DNA of 64,000 nucleotides from NCBI RefSeq assembly GCF_056712565.1, contig NZ_CM160072.1; one strand, 5' to 3'. Shown piece by piece: positions 47,908 to 61,744 of this stretch (position 1 is its first letter; each line of letters starts with the position of its first letter). The notes under the pieces were generated by a model. It saw only the letters and a program-made list of their open reading frames with translations, ran no database searches and was not told where the DNA came from. The position numbers and the translations under genes were made by a program.

Positions 47908-49197
47908 TTATTTGTCTGTTATATCCGCGTCTTCTGCGTCCAGCACCACTTCTTCAGGGCGCAGCATACTAATCAGTTTGAAGATCAAACTTAAGCCGAT
48001 ACCGACGATGGTCGCCAGCGCCATACCTTTCAGCTCCGCCGCGCCAATGTTTACCTTCGCGCCACTGACGCCGATGATCAAAATAACGGAAGTCAGGATC
48101 AGGTTCTGTGCTTTGTTGTAATCCACTTTCGATTCGATCAACACACGAATACCGGAAGCACCGATGACCCCGTAAAGCAGCAGCGAAACGCCGCCCATCA
48201 CCGGCAATGGAATCATCTGGATAGCAGCAGCCAGTTTACCGACGCAGGAAAGCAGGATAGCGAAAATCGCCGCACCGCCGATAACCCAGGTACTGTAAAC
48301 ACGGGTGATCGCCATCACGCCAATGTTTTCTCCGTAAGTGGTGTTTGGTGTGGAACCAAAGAAACCGGAGATCACGGTCGACAAGCCGTTAGCAAACATC
48401 GAACGGTGCAGACCTGGATCGCGCAGCAGATCTTTTTTGACGATATTAGCCGTTACGACCAGGTGCCCTACGTGTTCGGCAATAACCACTAACGCCGCTG
48501 GCAGAATAGTCAGAATGGCAAACCACTCGAAGCGCGGCGTATAGAGGGTCGGCAGCGCAAACCAGTGAGCATTAATAATCGGCGTGGTATCGACAATTCC
48601 CATTGCGAAAGAGAGCGCGTACCCCACCAGCACGCCAATTAAAATCGGGATAATTGCCAGGAAACCACGAAACAGCACGGAACCTAAAACCGTGACCGCC
48701 AGGGTGGTAATAGAGATGATGATGGTTTTGGAGTCTGGCGTTTGCCCTTCAGCCGGGAGTAAACCCGCCATACCGGCAGCTACGCCCGCCAGCTCCAGAC
48801 CGATGACGGCAACGATTGCGCCCATTGCCGCAGGTGGAAACAGCACGTCCAGCCAGCCGGTCCCCGCTTTCTTCACGATAAAAGAAACCAGGCAGAACAG
48901 CACGCCGCACATAATAAAGCCGCCCAGCGCGACTTCATACCCCAACGGCAACAGTAACAATACCGGTGAAATAAAGGCAAAGCTGGAACCAAGATAAGCC
49001 GGAATTTTCCCTTTACAGATGAAGAGATACAGCAGTGTTCCTATACCGTTAAATAACAGTACAGTCGCCGGGTTAATATGAAATAAGACGGGCACCAGGA
49101 CGGTTGCACCAAACATGGCGAACAAATGTTGCAAACTAAGCGGGATTGTCTGTAAAAGTGGCGGTCTTTCACTCACCCCGATAGCACGGCGCGTCAT
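47908..49197 (-). CDS. uraA: Uracil:proton symporter UraA
   Basis: ORF 47908..49239; trimmed to '[16 protein letters not shown]..' (429 aa). Confidence 0.93.
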   Translation of the reverse strand: MTRRAIGVSERPPLLQTIPLSLQHLFAMFGATVLVPVLFHINPATVLLFNGIGTLLYLFICKGKIPAYLGSSFAFISPVLLLLPLGYEVALGGFIMCGVLFCLVSFIVKKAGTGWLDVLFPPAAMGAIVAVIGLELAGVAAGMAGLLPAEGQTPDSKTIIISITTLAVTVLGSVLFRGFLAIIPILIGVLVGYALSFAMGIVDTTPIINAHWFALPTLYTPRFEWFAILTILPAALVVIAEHVGHLVVTANIVKKDLLRDPGLHRSMFANGLSTVISGFFGSTPNTTYGENIGVMAITRVYSTWVIGGAAIFAILLSCVGKLAAAIQMIPLPVMGGVSLLLYGVIGASGIRVLIESKVDYNKAQNLILTSVILIIGVSGAKVNIGAAELKGMALATIVGIGLSLIFKLISMLRPEEVVLDAEDADITDK

Positions 49198-49237
49198 AGT
49201 ATTATCCTCTGTATTATGTGTTATAGGCGCTTTACTC

Positions 49238-49270
49238 AAAAAAAAGCCGACTCTTAAAGTCGGCTTTAAT
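49238..49270 (-). terminator. Hairpin (GCCGAC-tcttaaa-GTCGGC) followed by U8 on the minus strand, between upp and uraA
   Basis: Stem-loop and T/A runs read directly; on the upp strand the hairpin is followed by TTTTTTTT. Confidence 0.6.
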
Positions 49271-49282
49271 TATTTTTATTCT

Positions 49283-49909
49283 TTATTTCGTACCAAAGAT
49301 TTTGTCACCGGCATCGCCGAGGCCCGGAATAATGTATCCGTGCTCGTTCAGTCCCTGGTCAATCGATGCAGTATACAGTTCGACGTCCGGGTGCGCTTTT
49401 TCCAGCGCAGCGATACCTTCTGGTGCAGCTACCAGCACCAGAACTTTGATGCTGCTGCAGCCCGCTTTTTTCAGCAGGTCGATGGTCGCGATAACGGAAC
49501 CACCGGTTGCCAGCATTGGGTCAACGATCAGCGCCATACGCTCATCGATGTTAGAAACCAGTTTCTGGAAGTACGGTACCGGCTCCAGCGTTTCTTCATT
49601 ACGGTACATACCGACGACACTGATGCGCGCACTCGGAACGTTTTCCAGCACACCGTCCATCATCCCAAGACCCGCACGCAGAATTGGCACAACGGTAATT
49701 TTCTTACCTTTGATCTGGTCGATTTCTACCGGGCCGTTCCAGCCTTCGATAGTGACTTTTTCCGTTTCGAGGTCGGCGGTCGCTTCGTAAGTCAGCAGGC
49801 TACCCACTTCGGAAGCGAGTTCGCGAAAGCGCTTGGTGCTGATATCTTGCTCACGCATCAGTCCCAGCTTGTGTTTGACGAGTGGGTGTTTGACTTCCAC
49901 GATCTTCAT
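49283..49909 (-). CDS. upp: Uracil phosphoribosyltransferase Upp
   Basis: ORF 49283..49936; trimmed to '[21 protein letters not shown]..' (208 aa). Confidence 0.95.
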
Positions 49910-50153
49910 ACTCTTTCTCCTTTGAGGGGCAGCCACAAAAAAATCGACGGATTATACCTCCTTTCTTCAAGGCGGCAATATTATTTTCGTTGACTTTAGT
50001 CAAAACGATAACGGTTTTAGATAAAGTTATTTTATATTCAAATGGTTATGAAAGAAGATTATTCCATCCGAAAACGATCCTTTGCCCTGGTACAAGTATT
50101 CTTTCGCCGCGCGCCTGGGGAAAAGACGTGCAAAAAGGTTGTGTAAAGCAGTC

Positions 50154-50169
50154 TCGCAAACGTTTGCTT
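50154..50169. promoter_or_regulatory. PurR operator (PUR box) TCGCAAACGTTTGCTT in purM upstream region
   Basis: Near-perfect match to the PUR-box palindrome ACGCAAACGTTTGCGT, located about 65-80 bp upstream of the purM start. Confidence 0.8.
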
Positions 50170-50214
50170 TCCCTGTTAGAATTGCGCCGAATTTTATTTT
50201 TCTACCGCAAGTAA

Positions 50215-51269
<1,055 letters not shown>

Positions 51270-51270
<1 letters not shown>

Positions 51271-51908
51271 TGAATATTGTGGTGCTTATTTCCGGCAACG
51301 GAAGTAATTTGCAGGCAATTATTGACGCCTGCAAAACCAACAAAATTAAAGGCACCGTACGGGCAGTTTTCAGCAATAAGGCTGACGCGTTCGGCCTTGA
51401 ACGCGCCCGCCAGGCGGGTATTGCAACGCATACGCTCATCACCAGCGCGTTTGACAGTCGTGAAGCCTATGACCGGGAGTTGATTCATGAAATCGACATG
51501 TACGCACCCGATGTGGTCGTGCTGGCTGGTTTTATGCGCATTCTCAGCCCGGCGTTTGTCTCCCACTATGCCGGGCGTTTGCTGAACATTCACCCTTCTC
51601 TGCTGCCGAAATATCCCGGATTACACACCCATCGTCAGGCGCTGGAAAATGGCGATGAGGAGCACGGTACATCGGTGCATTTCGTCACCGATGAACTGGA
51701 CGGTGGCCCGGTTATTTTACAGGCGAAAGTCCCGGTATTTGCTGGTGATACGGAAGATGACATCACCGCCCGCGTGCAAACCCAGGAACACGCTATTTAT
51801 CCACTGGTGATTAGCTGGTTTGCCGATGGTCGTCTGAAAATGCACGAAAACGCCGCGTGGCTGGATGGTCAACGTCTGCCGCCGCAGGGCTACGCTGCCG
51901 ACGAGTAA
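51270..51908 (+). CDS. purN: Phosphoribosylglycinamide formyltransferase PurN
   Basis: 212-aa ORF matches recalled PurN; start overlaps purM stop. Confidence 0.97.
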
Positions 51909-52079
51909 TGCCCCCGTAGTTAAAGCGCCAGCTCTGCCGCTGGCGTTTTTCAATTCACCTGTAAATCGCAAGCTCCAGCAGTTTTTTTCCCCCTTTTCTG
52001 GCATAGTTGGACATCTGCCAATATTGCTCGCCATAATATCCAGGCAGTGTCCCGTGAATAAAACGGAGTAAAAGTGGTA

Positions 52080-55692
<3,613 letters not shown>

Positions 55693-55730
55693 TGCTTTGC
55701 GGGCCGACGAGAAATGTCGGCCCGCATTAT

Positions 55731-57974
55731 TCAGGCACTTTCGCGAATGGGTTCGATTTCATTCAGCGTATCAATTAACGGTTGCGGCTTACCAATAAGA
55801 TAACCCTGCATATAATCGATCCCCAAAGAGAGCACCGCCTCGCGGATCTCTTCGTTTTCAACGTACTCTGCCACTACCCGCATTTTCTTCATTCGCGCCA
55901 GGTGGCAAATCGACGCCACTATCTGATAATCCAGACTATTTGATACAATATTGCGGATAAAACTGCCGTCAATTTTAAGCAGATCGGCATTCACATTTTT
56001 AAGCCGCGCATAGCTGGCGTAGCCGGTGCCGAAATCATCAATCGCAATCTGGCAGCCTAATTCCTGAAGATGCTGCAAGGTGATTTGCGCCTGCTTAACA
56101 TTGGTCAGAGCATTACTTTCGGTGACTTCAAAAATAAGTTGCCACGCTTCAATCTGATATTTAGCCAGCAGCTGACTGACTTCAACAGGAAAACGAGCCT
56201 GACATACCGAGGTTGGAGACAGATTAATAGCAAAACGGTGAGCGGGCATCTTCGCTCTGTTTTCAGCCATAAATTGCAGCGTATGCTCAATGACCCACAT
56301 GTCGATACTCGACGATAAACCAAATTCGTGCGCGACCGGTAAGAAGCTATCGGGGCTGATCAGCTCATCATTCTCACCCTTCATGCGCAGAAGAATTTCA
56401 TGGTAAACATCACCACGCATACCGGTAATCGGCTGGGCCATCAGGAAAAAATGGTTGTGTTCCAGCGCCCGCTGTAGCCGATTCATCATCGCGACTTTAT
56501 CTTTCAATTCGCGTTGCAAATACATTGCTCCGCGACGCTGCATATTTTCCGGGGCGTTGGTCACGATGGAAAGTTCGGCCACTGTATTTAGCTCTCCCAG
56601 CAGCAGGTAGATATGATTCACTGGCGAGCGCACATAGCAGTAACTGACGCCAATCTGCGGTTGCATCGGCATTCCATCCCAAAAGAAACGAAATTGCTTG
56701 AGATGGCTATCCAGTGCGGTAATGCGCTCCTGGTGCGATTCTGTATTCAGCCGCAGCGCGAGATCGTTACCCGAAAGCTGATAAACATCTTCACCCGGTT
56801 CCAGCAATGGTGACAGCCAGTGAGAAAGTTTTTGCTTGTATTGAATCCGCAGCATGATGCCATAATTCTTAACCAGCATTTCCATGCCAGGGATGCGTAA
56901 ATAACAAAGCGCAGACCAGGGGGCATCACGTAACGCGCGATTCAGGGCGCGAACATTTGGCAGATGAACCACCGGGTCCACATACGCAAGCCGCTGAATG
57001 CGTCTGACTACCGCTCGCTGACGGGTTGCCAGTACAGCCATATAATTGACAATAAAAGAGAATACCAGATAACTGGAGGAGGTTATGGTCAGCTGCGTGG
57101 TATAGCCAGGATAAATGGGAATGTAATTTTGATAGCTGTGGATGCTGATCATCAACACGACCGCCCAGAGCAATGAAATCAGCTTATAACCATAGCGCAT
57201 CGCTCCCCACATCATCAGGGGCAGCAATAATGACAAGGTGTAATTGGTGCTAAAAATCGTGCTTTTTTCATTTAACGGCATGCATAACAGCAATAGTAAA
57301 GCACCTAATGCCAGTAGCCAGATTGCGAACTCTTTTTTGGTAACTTTGGCATCAACCTGCTGTTTTAATTGCGAATAATAGCTACGTAAATAAAACGGAT
57401 TTCGCACCACCCGAATGATGAAGTAGCACAGCGGGACACCAATCAGATTACCCACCAGCAAGGCCTGATAATTGATTAAGGTCCCGAGGTTAAAGGGCAT
57501 GACGCCGACCAGATTTTCTCTGCTCGCCAGTAACCCTACAAACGCAGCAAACTGGAAAAGTATCAGAAACAGCGTTGCAGGAAACACAATCTGCCAGAAT
57601 AGTCGCTGGGAAATTAAACGGCTATCACCATGTGAAACGTTGTTACGCCGGGGGGTAAAAACCCTGTAACCGCCCCAACAGAGAATGATAATGATAATAA
57701 AATTAGCCGTTAATGAGAGCGTTTCGTAAAAACCCAGCTCTGCATATTTGCGGACAAAAATCCCTAAGGCGATCCCTGGCAATGCCGCCCAGCTGAAAAA
57801 CATCATCATGCTGATCATCAATGCCAGTGGCAGATAAAAGAGAAAAACTTCACCGGAAGAAATATGCGCGAAAGTATTAATGTGGGCGAAAATGGGCAAG
57901 ATTAAAGAAGGCAGGAACAGCGGAAGCCCCCACCATTTATCACGTATTTTTATATAAGTTGCATTCAGTTTCAT
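55731..57974 (-). CDS. pdeF: Membrane-anchored c-di-GMP phosphodiesterase PdeF (YfgF; degenerate GGDEF plus EAL)
   Basis: 747-aa ORF with N-terminal multi-TM region and C-terminal EAL domain; matches recalled YfgF. Confidence 0.93.
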   Translation of the reverse strand: MKLNATYIKIRDKWWGLPLFLPSLILPIFAHINTFAHISSGEVFLFYLPLALMISMMMFFSWAALPGIALGIFVRKYAELGFYETLSLTANFIIIIILCWGGYRVFTPRRNNVSHGDSRLISQRLFWQIVFPATLFLILFQFAAFVGLLASRENLVGVMPFNLGTLINYQALLVGNLIGVPLCYFIIRVVRNPFYLRSYYSQLKQQVDAKVTKKEFAIWLLALGALLLLLCMPLNEKSTIFSTNYTLSLLLPLMMWGAMRYGYKLISLLWAVVLMISIHSYQNYIPIYPGYTTQLTITSSSYLVFSFIVNYMAVLATRQRAVVRRIQRLAYVDPVVHLPNVRALNRALRDAPWSALCYLRIPGMEMLVKNYGIMLRIQYKQKLSHWLSPLLEPGEDVYQLSGNDLALRLNTESHQERITALDSHLKQFRFFWDGMPMQPQIGVSYCYVRSPVNHIYLLLGELNTVAELSIVTNAPENMQRRGAMYLQRELKDKVAMMNRLQRALEHNHFFLMAQPITGMRGDVYHEILLRMKGENDELISPDSFLPVAHEFGLSSSIDMWVIEHTLQFMAENRAKMPAHRFAINLSPTSVCQARFPVEVSQLLAKYQIEAWQLIFEVTESNALTNVKQAQITLQHLQELGCQIAIDDFGTGYASYARLKNVNADLLKIDGSFIRNIVSNSLDYQIVASICHLARMKKMRVVAEYVENEEIREAVLSLGIDYMQGYLIGKPQPLIDTLNEIEPIRESA

Positions 57975-58325
57975 AGATGCTCAGCAGAATCCCCCACATC
58001 CTGAAGGAGGTGTATTCAGACAGGCATCCCACCTGACTTCGAATGATGATTATTCATCACTATAGAGAGCAATGATTCTAAGTGTCATATGAAAGTTCCA
58101 ATTGATATATATCAAACAAAATAACCCTGATTAATGAATTATTACGTTTATCATGTTAACTCATCATTATTACATCATCATTGTAAATAATTAAATTAAC
58201 TTCCATAACATTAAAATATGTATCCACTGACGCTTTTTTACATAACGAAGAATTGACCATTTTGTCCTGTTGTGCCTTAATGTAAGTACCGTCCACGGCG
58301 TGGGACATACTTCAAGGAACCTTTT

Positions 58326-58517
58326 GTGAGTCAGGCAACCAGTATGCGAAAACGACACCGATTTAACAGTCGCATGACCCGTATCGTACTGCTCATCAGC
58401 TTTATCTTCTTCTTTGGCCGTTTTATCTACTCGTCCGTCGGTGCCTGGCAGCACCATCAGAGCAAAAAAGAAGCTCAGCAATCCACACTCTCCGTCGAAT
58501 CACCGGTACAACGTTAG
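58326..58517 (+). CDS. yfgG: Small membrane protein YfgG
   Basis: 63-aa ORF 'MSQATSMRKRHRFNSRMTRIVLLISFIFFFG..' matches recalled YfgG. Confidence 0.85.
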   Translation: MSQATSMRKRHRFNSRMTRIVLLISFIFFFGRFIYSSVGAWQHHQSKKEAQQSTLSVESPVQR

Positions 58518-58827
58518 CGGTTACCTTCTCCACTCTCACAGAACATAACGGCACCTCGCTGTCGGATGCTTTTGCTCTTTGAGATTATCAAAGCGGCAGA
58601 TATTCTTTCATCTTAAATTTTACGTCTTTGTTCTGACTGAAGTTCATCCTGTTCGGCTGCGAAATAAATACATCATTAATACATATGTTGTGATGATGTA
58701 TTTTTATAAATTATTTCCAGCATGAATTTTAATAAATTTAATCTATTCCTTTATACGCAATACATTTACTTTCCTCTTTTGATGATCTTAAATGTCTCAT
58801 TTTTCGTAATGTGTATAACAAGGAATA

Positions 58828-59346
58828 GTGATGAAATTTAAAAAATGTCTTCTGCCTGTGGCAATGTTAGCGTCATTCACTCTGGCAGGATGCCAGTCAA
58901 ATGCTGATGATCATGCCGCCGATGTTTATCAAACCGATCAACTGAATACCAAACAAGAAACTAAAACCGTTAATATTATTTCCATTCTTCCCGCAAAAGT
59001 TGCCGTAGACAACGCCCAAAATAAACGGAACGCACAAGCCTTCGGCGCGCTTATTGGCGCTGTCGCTGGCGGTGTTATCGGCCACAACGTCGGGTCTGGC
59101 AGCAATTCCGGAACGACGGCAGGTGCAGTTGGCGGCGGAGCTGTAGGCGCGGCAGCGGGTTCTATGGTGAATGATAAAACCTTAGTGGAAGGTGTTTCTT
59201 TAACATATAAGGAAGGCACCAAAGTGTATACCTCCACCCAGGTGGGTAAAGAGTGCCAGTTTACGACAGGTTTAGCCGTTGTTATTACCACGACGTATAA
59301 CGAAACGCGTATTCAGCCAAATACCAAATGTCCTGAAAAGAGCTAA
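58828..59346 (+). CDS. yfgH: Outer-membrane lipoprotein YfgH (glycine-zipper)
   Basis: 172-aa ORF with lipobox LAGC and Gly-rich segment; matches recalled YfgH. Confidence 0.9.
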   Translation: MMKFKKCLLPVAMLASFTLAGCQSNADDHAADVYQTDQLNTKQETKTVNIISILPAKVAVDNAQNKRNAQAFGALIGAVAGGVIGHNVGSGSNSGTTAGAVGGGAVGAAAGSMVNDKTLVEGVSLTYKEGTKVYTSTQVGKECQFTTGLAVVITTTYNETRIQPNTKCPEKS

Positions 59347-59361
59347 TAATCAGGAGGAGTC

Positions 59362-59901
59362 ATGAAGAAAGTTTTTCTTTGCGCCATCTTAGCCTCCTTA
59401 AGCTATCCGGCTATCGCCTCATCATTGCAGGATCAACTCTCGGCTGTCGCAGAAGCGGAACAGCAAGGTAAAAATGAAGAGCAAAGGCAGCATGACGAAT
59501 GGGTCGCGGAGCGCAACAGGGAAATCCAGCAAGAGAAGCAACGTCGCGCAAACGCCCAGGCCGCGGCTAATAAAAGAGCGGCAACGGCAGCAGCGAATAA
59601 GAAAGCTCGTCAGGATAAACTGGACGCCGAAGCCACTGCGGACAAAAAACGCGATCAAAGTTATGAAGATGAGCTACGTAGCTTAGAGATTCAGAAACAA
59701 AAACTGGCGCTGGCGAAAGAAGAAGCCCGCGTCAAGCGCGAAAACGAATTTATCGATCAGGAACTGAAGCACAAAGCTGCGCAAACCGATGTGGTGCAAT
59801 CTGAAGCTGACGCAAACAGAAATATGACTGAAGGCGGTCGCGATCTGATGAAAAGCGTGGGTAAAGCAGAAGAGAATAAATCAGATAGCTGGTTTAACTA
59901 A
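59362..59901 (+). CDS. yfgI: Periplasmic protein YfgI
   Basis: 179-aa ORF with signal peptide; matches recalled YfgI. Confidence 0.9.
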   Translation: MKKVFLCAILASLSYPAIASSLQDQLSAVAEAEQQGKNEEQRQHDEWVAERNREIQQEKQRRANAQAAANKRAATAAANKKARQDKLDAEATADKKRDQSYEDELRSLEIQKQKLALAKEEARVKRENEFIDQELKHKAAQTDVVQSEADANRNMTEGGRDLMKSVGKAEENKSDSWFN

Positions 59902-59937
59902 ACGATGTTAGTAACTTCAAACCTATAATTCTTTAGG

Positions 59938-59974
59938 ATAAAAAAACCCTCTGTAGTAACAGAGGGTTTTGTTC
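59938..59974. terminator. Bidirectional rho-independent terminator (A7-CCCTCTGT-agtaac-ACAGAGGG-TTTTGTT)
   Basis: Hairpin and flanking A/T tracts read directly, immediately 3' of yfgI and 3' of the guaA remnant. Confidence 0.85.
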
Positions 59975-59994
59975 ATTCATAGTGCAGGGTCAAA

Positions 59995-60012
59995 TCATTC
60001 CCACTCAATTAT
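59995..60012 (-). mobile_element. Remnant of the guaA 3-prime end (minus strand reads stop-I-I-E-W-E-stop); probable prophage attR core
   Basis: Hand translation: rc of 59998..60009 is ATT GAG TGG GAA, followed by TGA (59995..59997), with an in-frame TAA two codons upstream (60013..60015); GMP synthase ends ..TIEWE as I recall. Confidence 0.6.
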
Positions 60013-60119
60013 TTACGATAACCATAACCAATTGAGTGATAACATTTTTCCAAATCTCAATTTTTCCCGTACCGTTTTATATACCGTCACCGGAAATCAG
60101 TACCATGAAAAATGCCATG

Positions 60120-60602
60120 CTATCTGGTCAAAGTGTCGTACTGTTTTTCGCAGACTCTTCCGGCTTCGGCTGCCCGGTCAGCATACTCTGCCAGTTGTCT
60201 GTTTCTCTCGAGAGATTTGCTGAGCACGTCGGCAAGCAAAACTCCGGTGTCTGCGGCTGACGACCCAGCGCCGACAATGGCGTTATACTGCCTGAGCTGC
60301 TCACGGATGGCAAAGAGTTGTTGCTGCAACCGGCCAGCGCTAGCGGCAGCATCAAGAGCATCATTGCGCGCCTGGTCGATCCTCTGCTGAGCTTCACGTT
60401 CATTGGTCACTTTCTCCTGTTCGTAGTACTGACGAACTTTGTCTTCTTCGGCTTTGCGGTCTTCTTCCGCCTGAGCATACCCGGCATCGTACTGGCGACT
60501 GCCGTGTATATTCCAGGCAACCACTCCTGATATGACCAGAACAGCAAGCACTGCCACGATAAGCAACTGTTTCCAGTATGCTTTCACGAATGCCTTGATC
60601 AT
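60120..60602 (-). CDS. Phage i-spanin (Rz-like): N-terminal transmembrane anchor plus periplasmic coiled-coil
   Basis: 160-aa ORF with 'LLIVAVLAVLVISGVVAW' anchor and Ala/Gln/Arg/Glu-rich helical region; contains an embedded lipoprotein ORF; GAAGGTAAG RBS. Confidence 0.8.
   Translation of the reverse strand: MIKAFVKAYWKQLLIVAVLAVLVISGVVAWNIHGSRQYDAGYAQAEEDRKAEEDKVRQYYEQEKVTNEREAQQRIDQARNDALDAAASAGRLQQQLFAIREQLRQYNAIVGAGSSAADTGVLLADVLSKSLERNRQLAEYADRAAEAGRVCEKQYDTLTR
60128..60403 (-). CDS. Phage o-spanin (Rz1-like) lipoprotein, embedded out of frame within the i-spanin gene
   Basis: 91-aa ORF in a different frame with lipobox 'LALAGCS' after a positively charged n-region; exact start (60403 or an internal Met near 60364) uncertain. 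Confidence 0.6.
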   Translation of the reverse strand: MNVKLSRGSTRRAMMLLMLPLALAGCSNNSLPSVSSSGSITPLSALGRQPQTPEFCLPTCSANLSRETDNWQSMLTGQPKPEESAKNSTTL

Positions 60603-60823
60603 ATACTTACCTTCGGCTGAAATCGGCGAACGTTAATTGGCTCACCATATGGCCATGACCAATTCAGCCAGGTAAATGTTTTCAGCTCGCACATCGCATC
60701 GAAAAATTCACCAGGATCGATGTCGGAATAGCTGCAAACTATTTCCAGACCACGTTCTGTTTCTTGCAAAGCAACTGTATCTGTTTCCCAGCGGGGAATG
60801 AGCAAAGAAAATAGTTTATTCAT
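60599..60823 (-). CDS. Hypothetical 74-aa protein inside the lysis cassette ([29 protein letters not shown]...)
   Basis: ORF track 60599..60955 trimmed to the Met whose ATG overlaps the endolysin stop (ATGA); its stop overlaps the i-spanin ATG (ATGA); AAGAAGGTG RBS upstream. Confidence 0.5.
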   Translation of the reverse strand: MNKLFSLLIPRWETDTVALQETERGLEIVCSYSDIDPGEFFDAMCELKTFTWLNWSWPYGEPINVRRFQPKVSI

Positions 60824-61446
60824 AAAAGCACCTTCTTGGCCGAAAGATACCGTACACGCCGGTCGTCGATACCGTTTCTGCCACCATTGATAATCAGAGT
60901 TACACGTGCAATATCGCCGGTATACTTCATGCATCCTTTGCTGGCGAAGAACCACGCCGCGCTACGAGCCGCATATTCGTCCTGCGCCAGCAGTTCAGGG
61001 CTCTCCAGCAGGTCAACCTTCAGACCGTTTCCGCAATCACGATAGTTATTCAAACCGGTAATCTGGATAAGTCCGCGCCCTCGGTAATTCCAGCCATCAC
61101 CAGGGGCATTGTTCCCCATGCGTTTGCTGTATACCAGATTTGCGATCGCGCGCTGGCGCTCAAGTGGCAATGGTGGTTCACCAGCACGGCGCCCCAGTGC
61201 ATTAGCCTGCCCCTGAGTGAGACGCCCAGCCCGAACGAAGTTAGCCAGTCCGCTGACACTGTAGTTGAAATTCTCCTGCAACCTGGTGAAGCCCCCAGAC
61301 TCATGCCCGACTTGAGCAATAAACATTGCCTGATCTTCTGCTTTGCTGATACCAAACTCTTTCATCGCAGAAGTTATATGCGAGAACCAGCGTGCGGCCA
61401 GTGCCTCGCTGATACCAGCAGCTCGCTGGAATTGTTTAATCTCCAT
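60820..61446 (-). CDS. Phage endolysin, glycoside hydrolase family 19 (chitinase class I-like) type
   Basis: ORF 60820..61611 trimmed to '[11 protein letters not shown]..' (GAGG RBS 6 nt upstream); motifs '[12 protein letters not shown]' and '[16 protein letters not shown]' resemble GH19 signatures (..FLAQ.SHETTGG.. / YYGRGPIQLSWNYNY). Confidence 0.8.
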   Translation of the reverse strand: MEIKQFQRAAGISEALAARWFSHITSAMKEFGISKAEDQAMFIAQVGHESGGFTRLQENFNYSVSGLANFVRAGRLTQGQANALGRRAGEPPLPLERQRAIANLVYSKRMGNNAPGDGWNYRGRGLIQITGLNNYRDCGNGLKVDLLESPELLAQDEYAARSAAWFFASKGCMKYTGDIARVTLIINGGRNGIDDRRVRYLSAKKVLL

Positions 61447-61744
61447 GTTTAGACCTCGATACTTTAAAAATTTGAACGACGTTACCGCGCGTTTTAATAA
61501 CCGCAGCCAGCATGACAGCGTTGATAATGACCTCAGATAAATCCACAGCCATTGGCGTACGTAACCAGATTGCATAGGCGACTCGAACAGGAATACTGGC
61601 CGCAGCAACAATCAGGAAATAAGCAAGCCATCCTCCCCACCTTCGATGTTGAGAGCCGTTACGCCGGAATGTGACAACGCGAATTGCTATGCCAGTGCAA
61701 ATAACTGCATTGGTGATAAGCAAAAAAAACTCATGCGTTACCAT
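61436..61744 (-). CDS. Holin-like membrane protein (3 predicted TM segments, charged C-terminus)
   Basis: 102-aa ORF directly upstream of and overlapping the endolysin start by 11 nt; hydrophobic segments with basic C-terminal tail. Confidence 0.55.
   Translation of the reverse strand: MVTHEFFLLITNAVICTGIAIRVVTFRRNGSQHRRWGGWLAYFLIVAAASIPVRVAYAIWLRTPMAVDLSEVIINAVMLAAVIKTRGNVVQIFKVSRSKHGD

Noticed and set aside
60036-60530. Plus-strand ORFs (74, 92 and 70 aa) antisense to the spanin genes
   Set aside because: No RBS, overlap the i-spanin/o-spanin genes on the opposite strand, and show no recognisable features.
60599-60955. Full-length 118-aa version of the small lysis-cassette ORF
   Set aside because: Its first 44 codons overlap the endolysin coding region in another frame; the internal Met at 60823 has an RBS and an ATGA overlap with the endolysin stop, so the 74-aa version is preferred.
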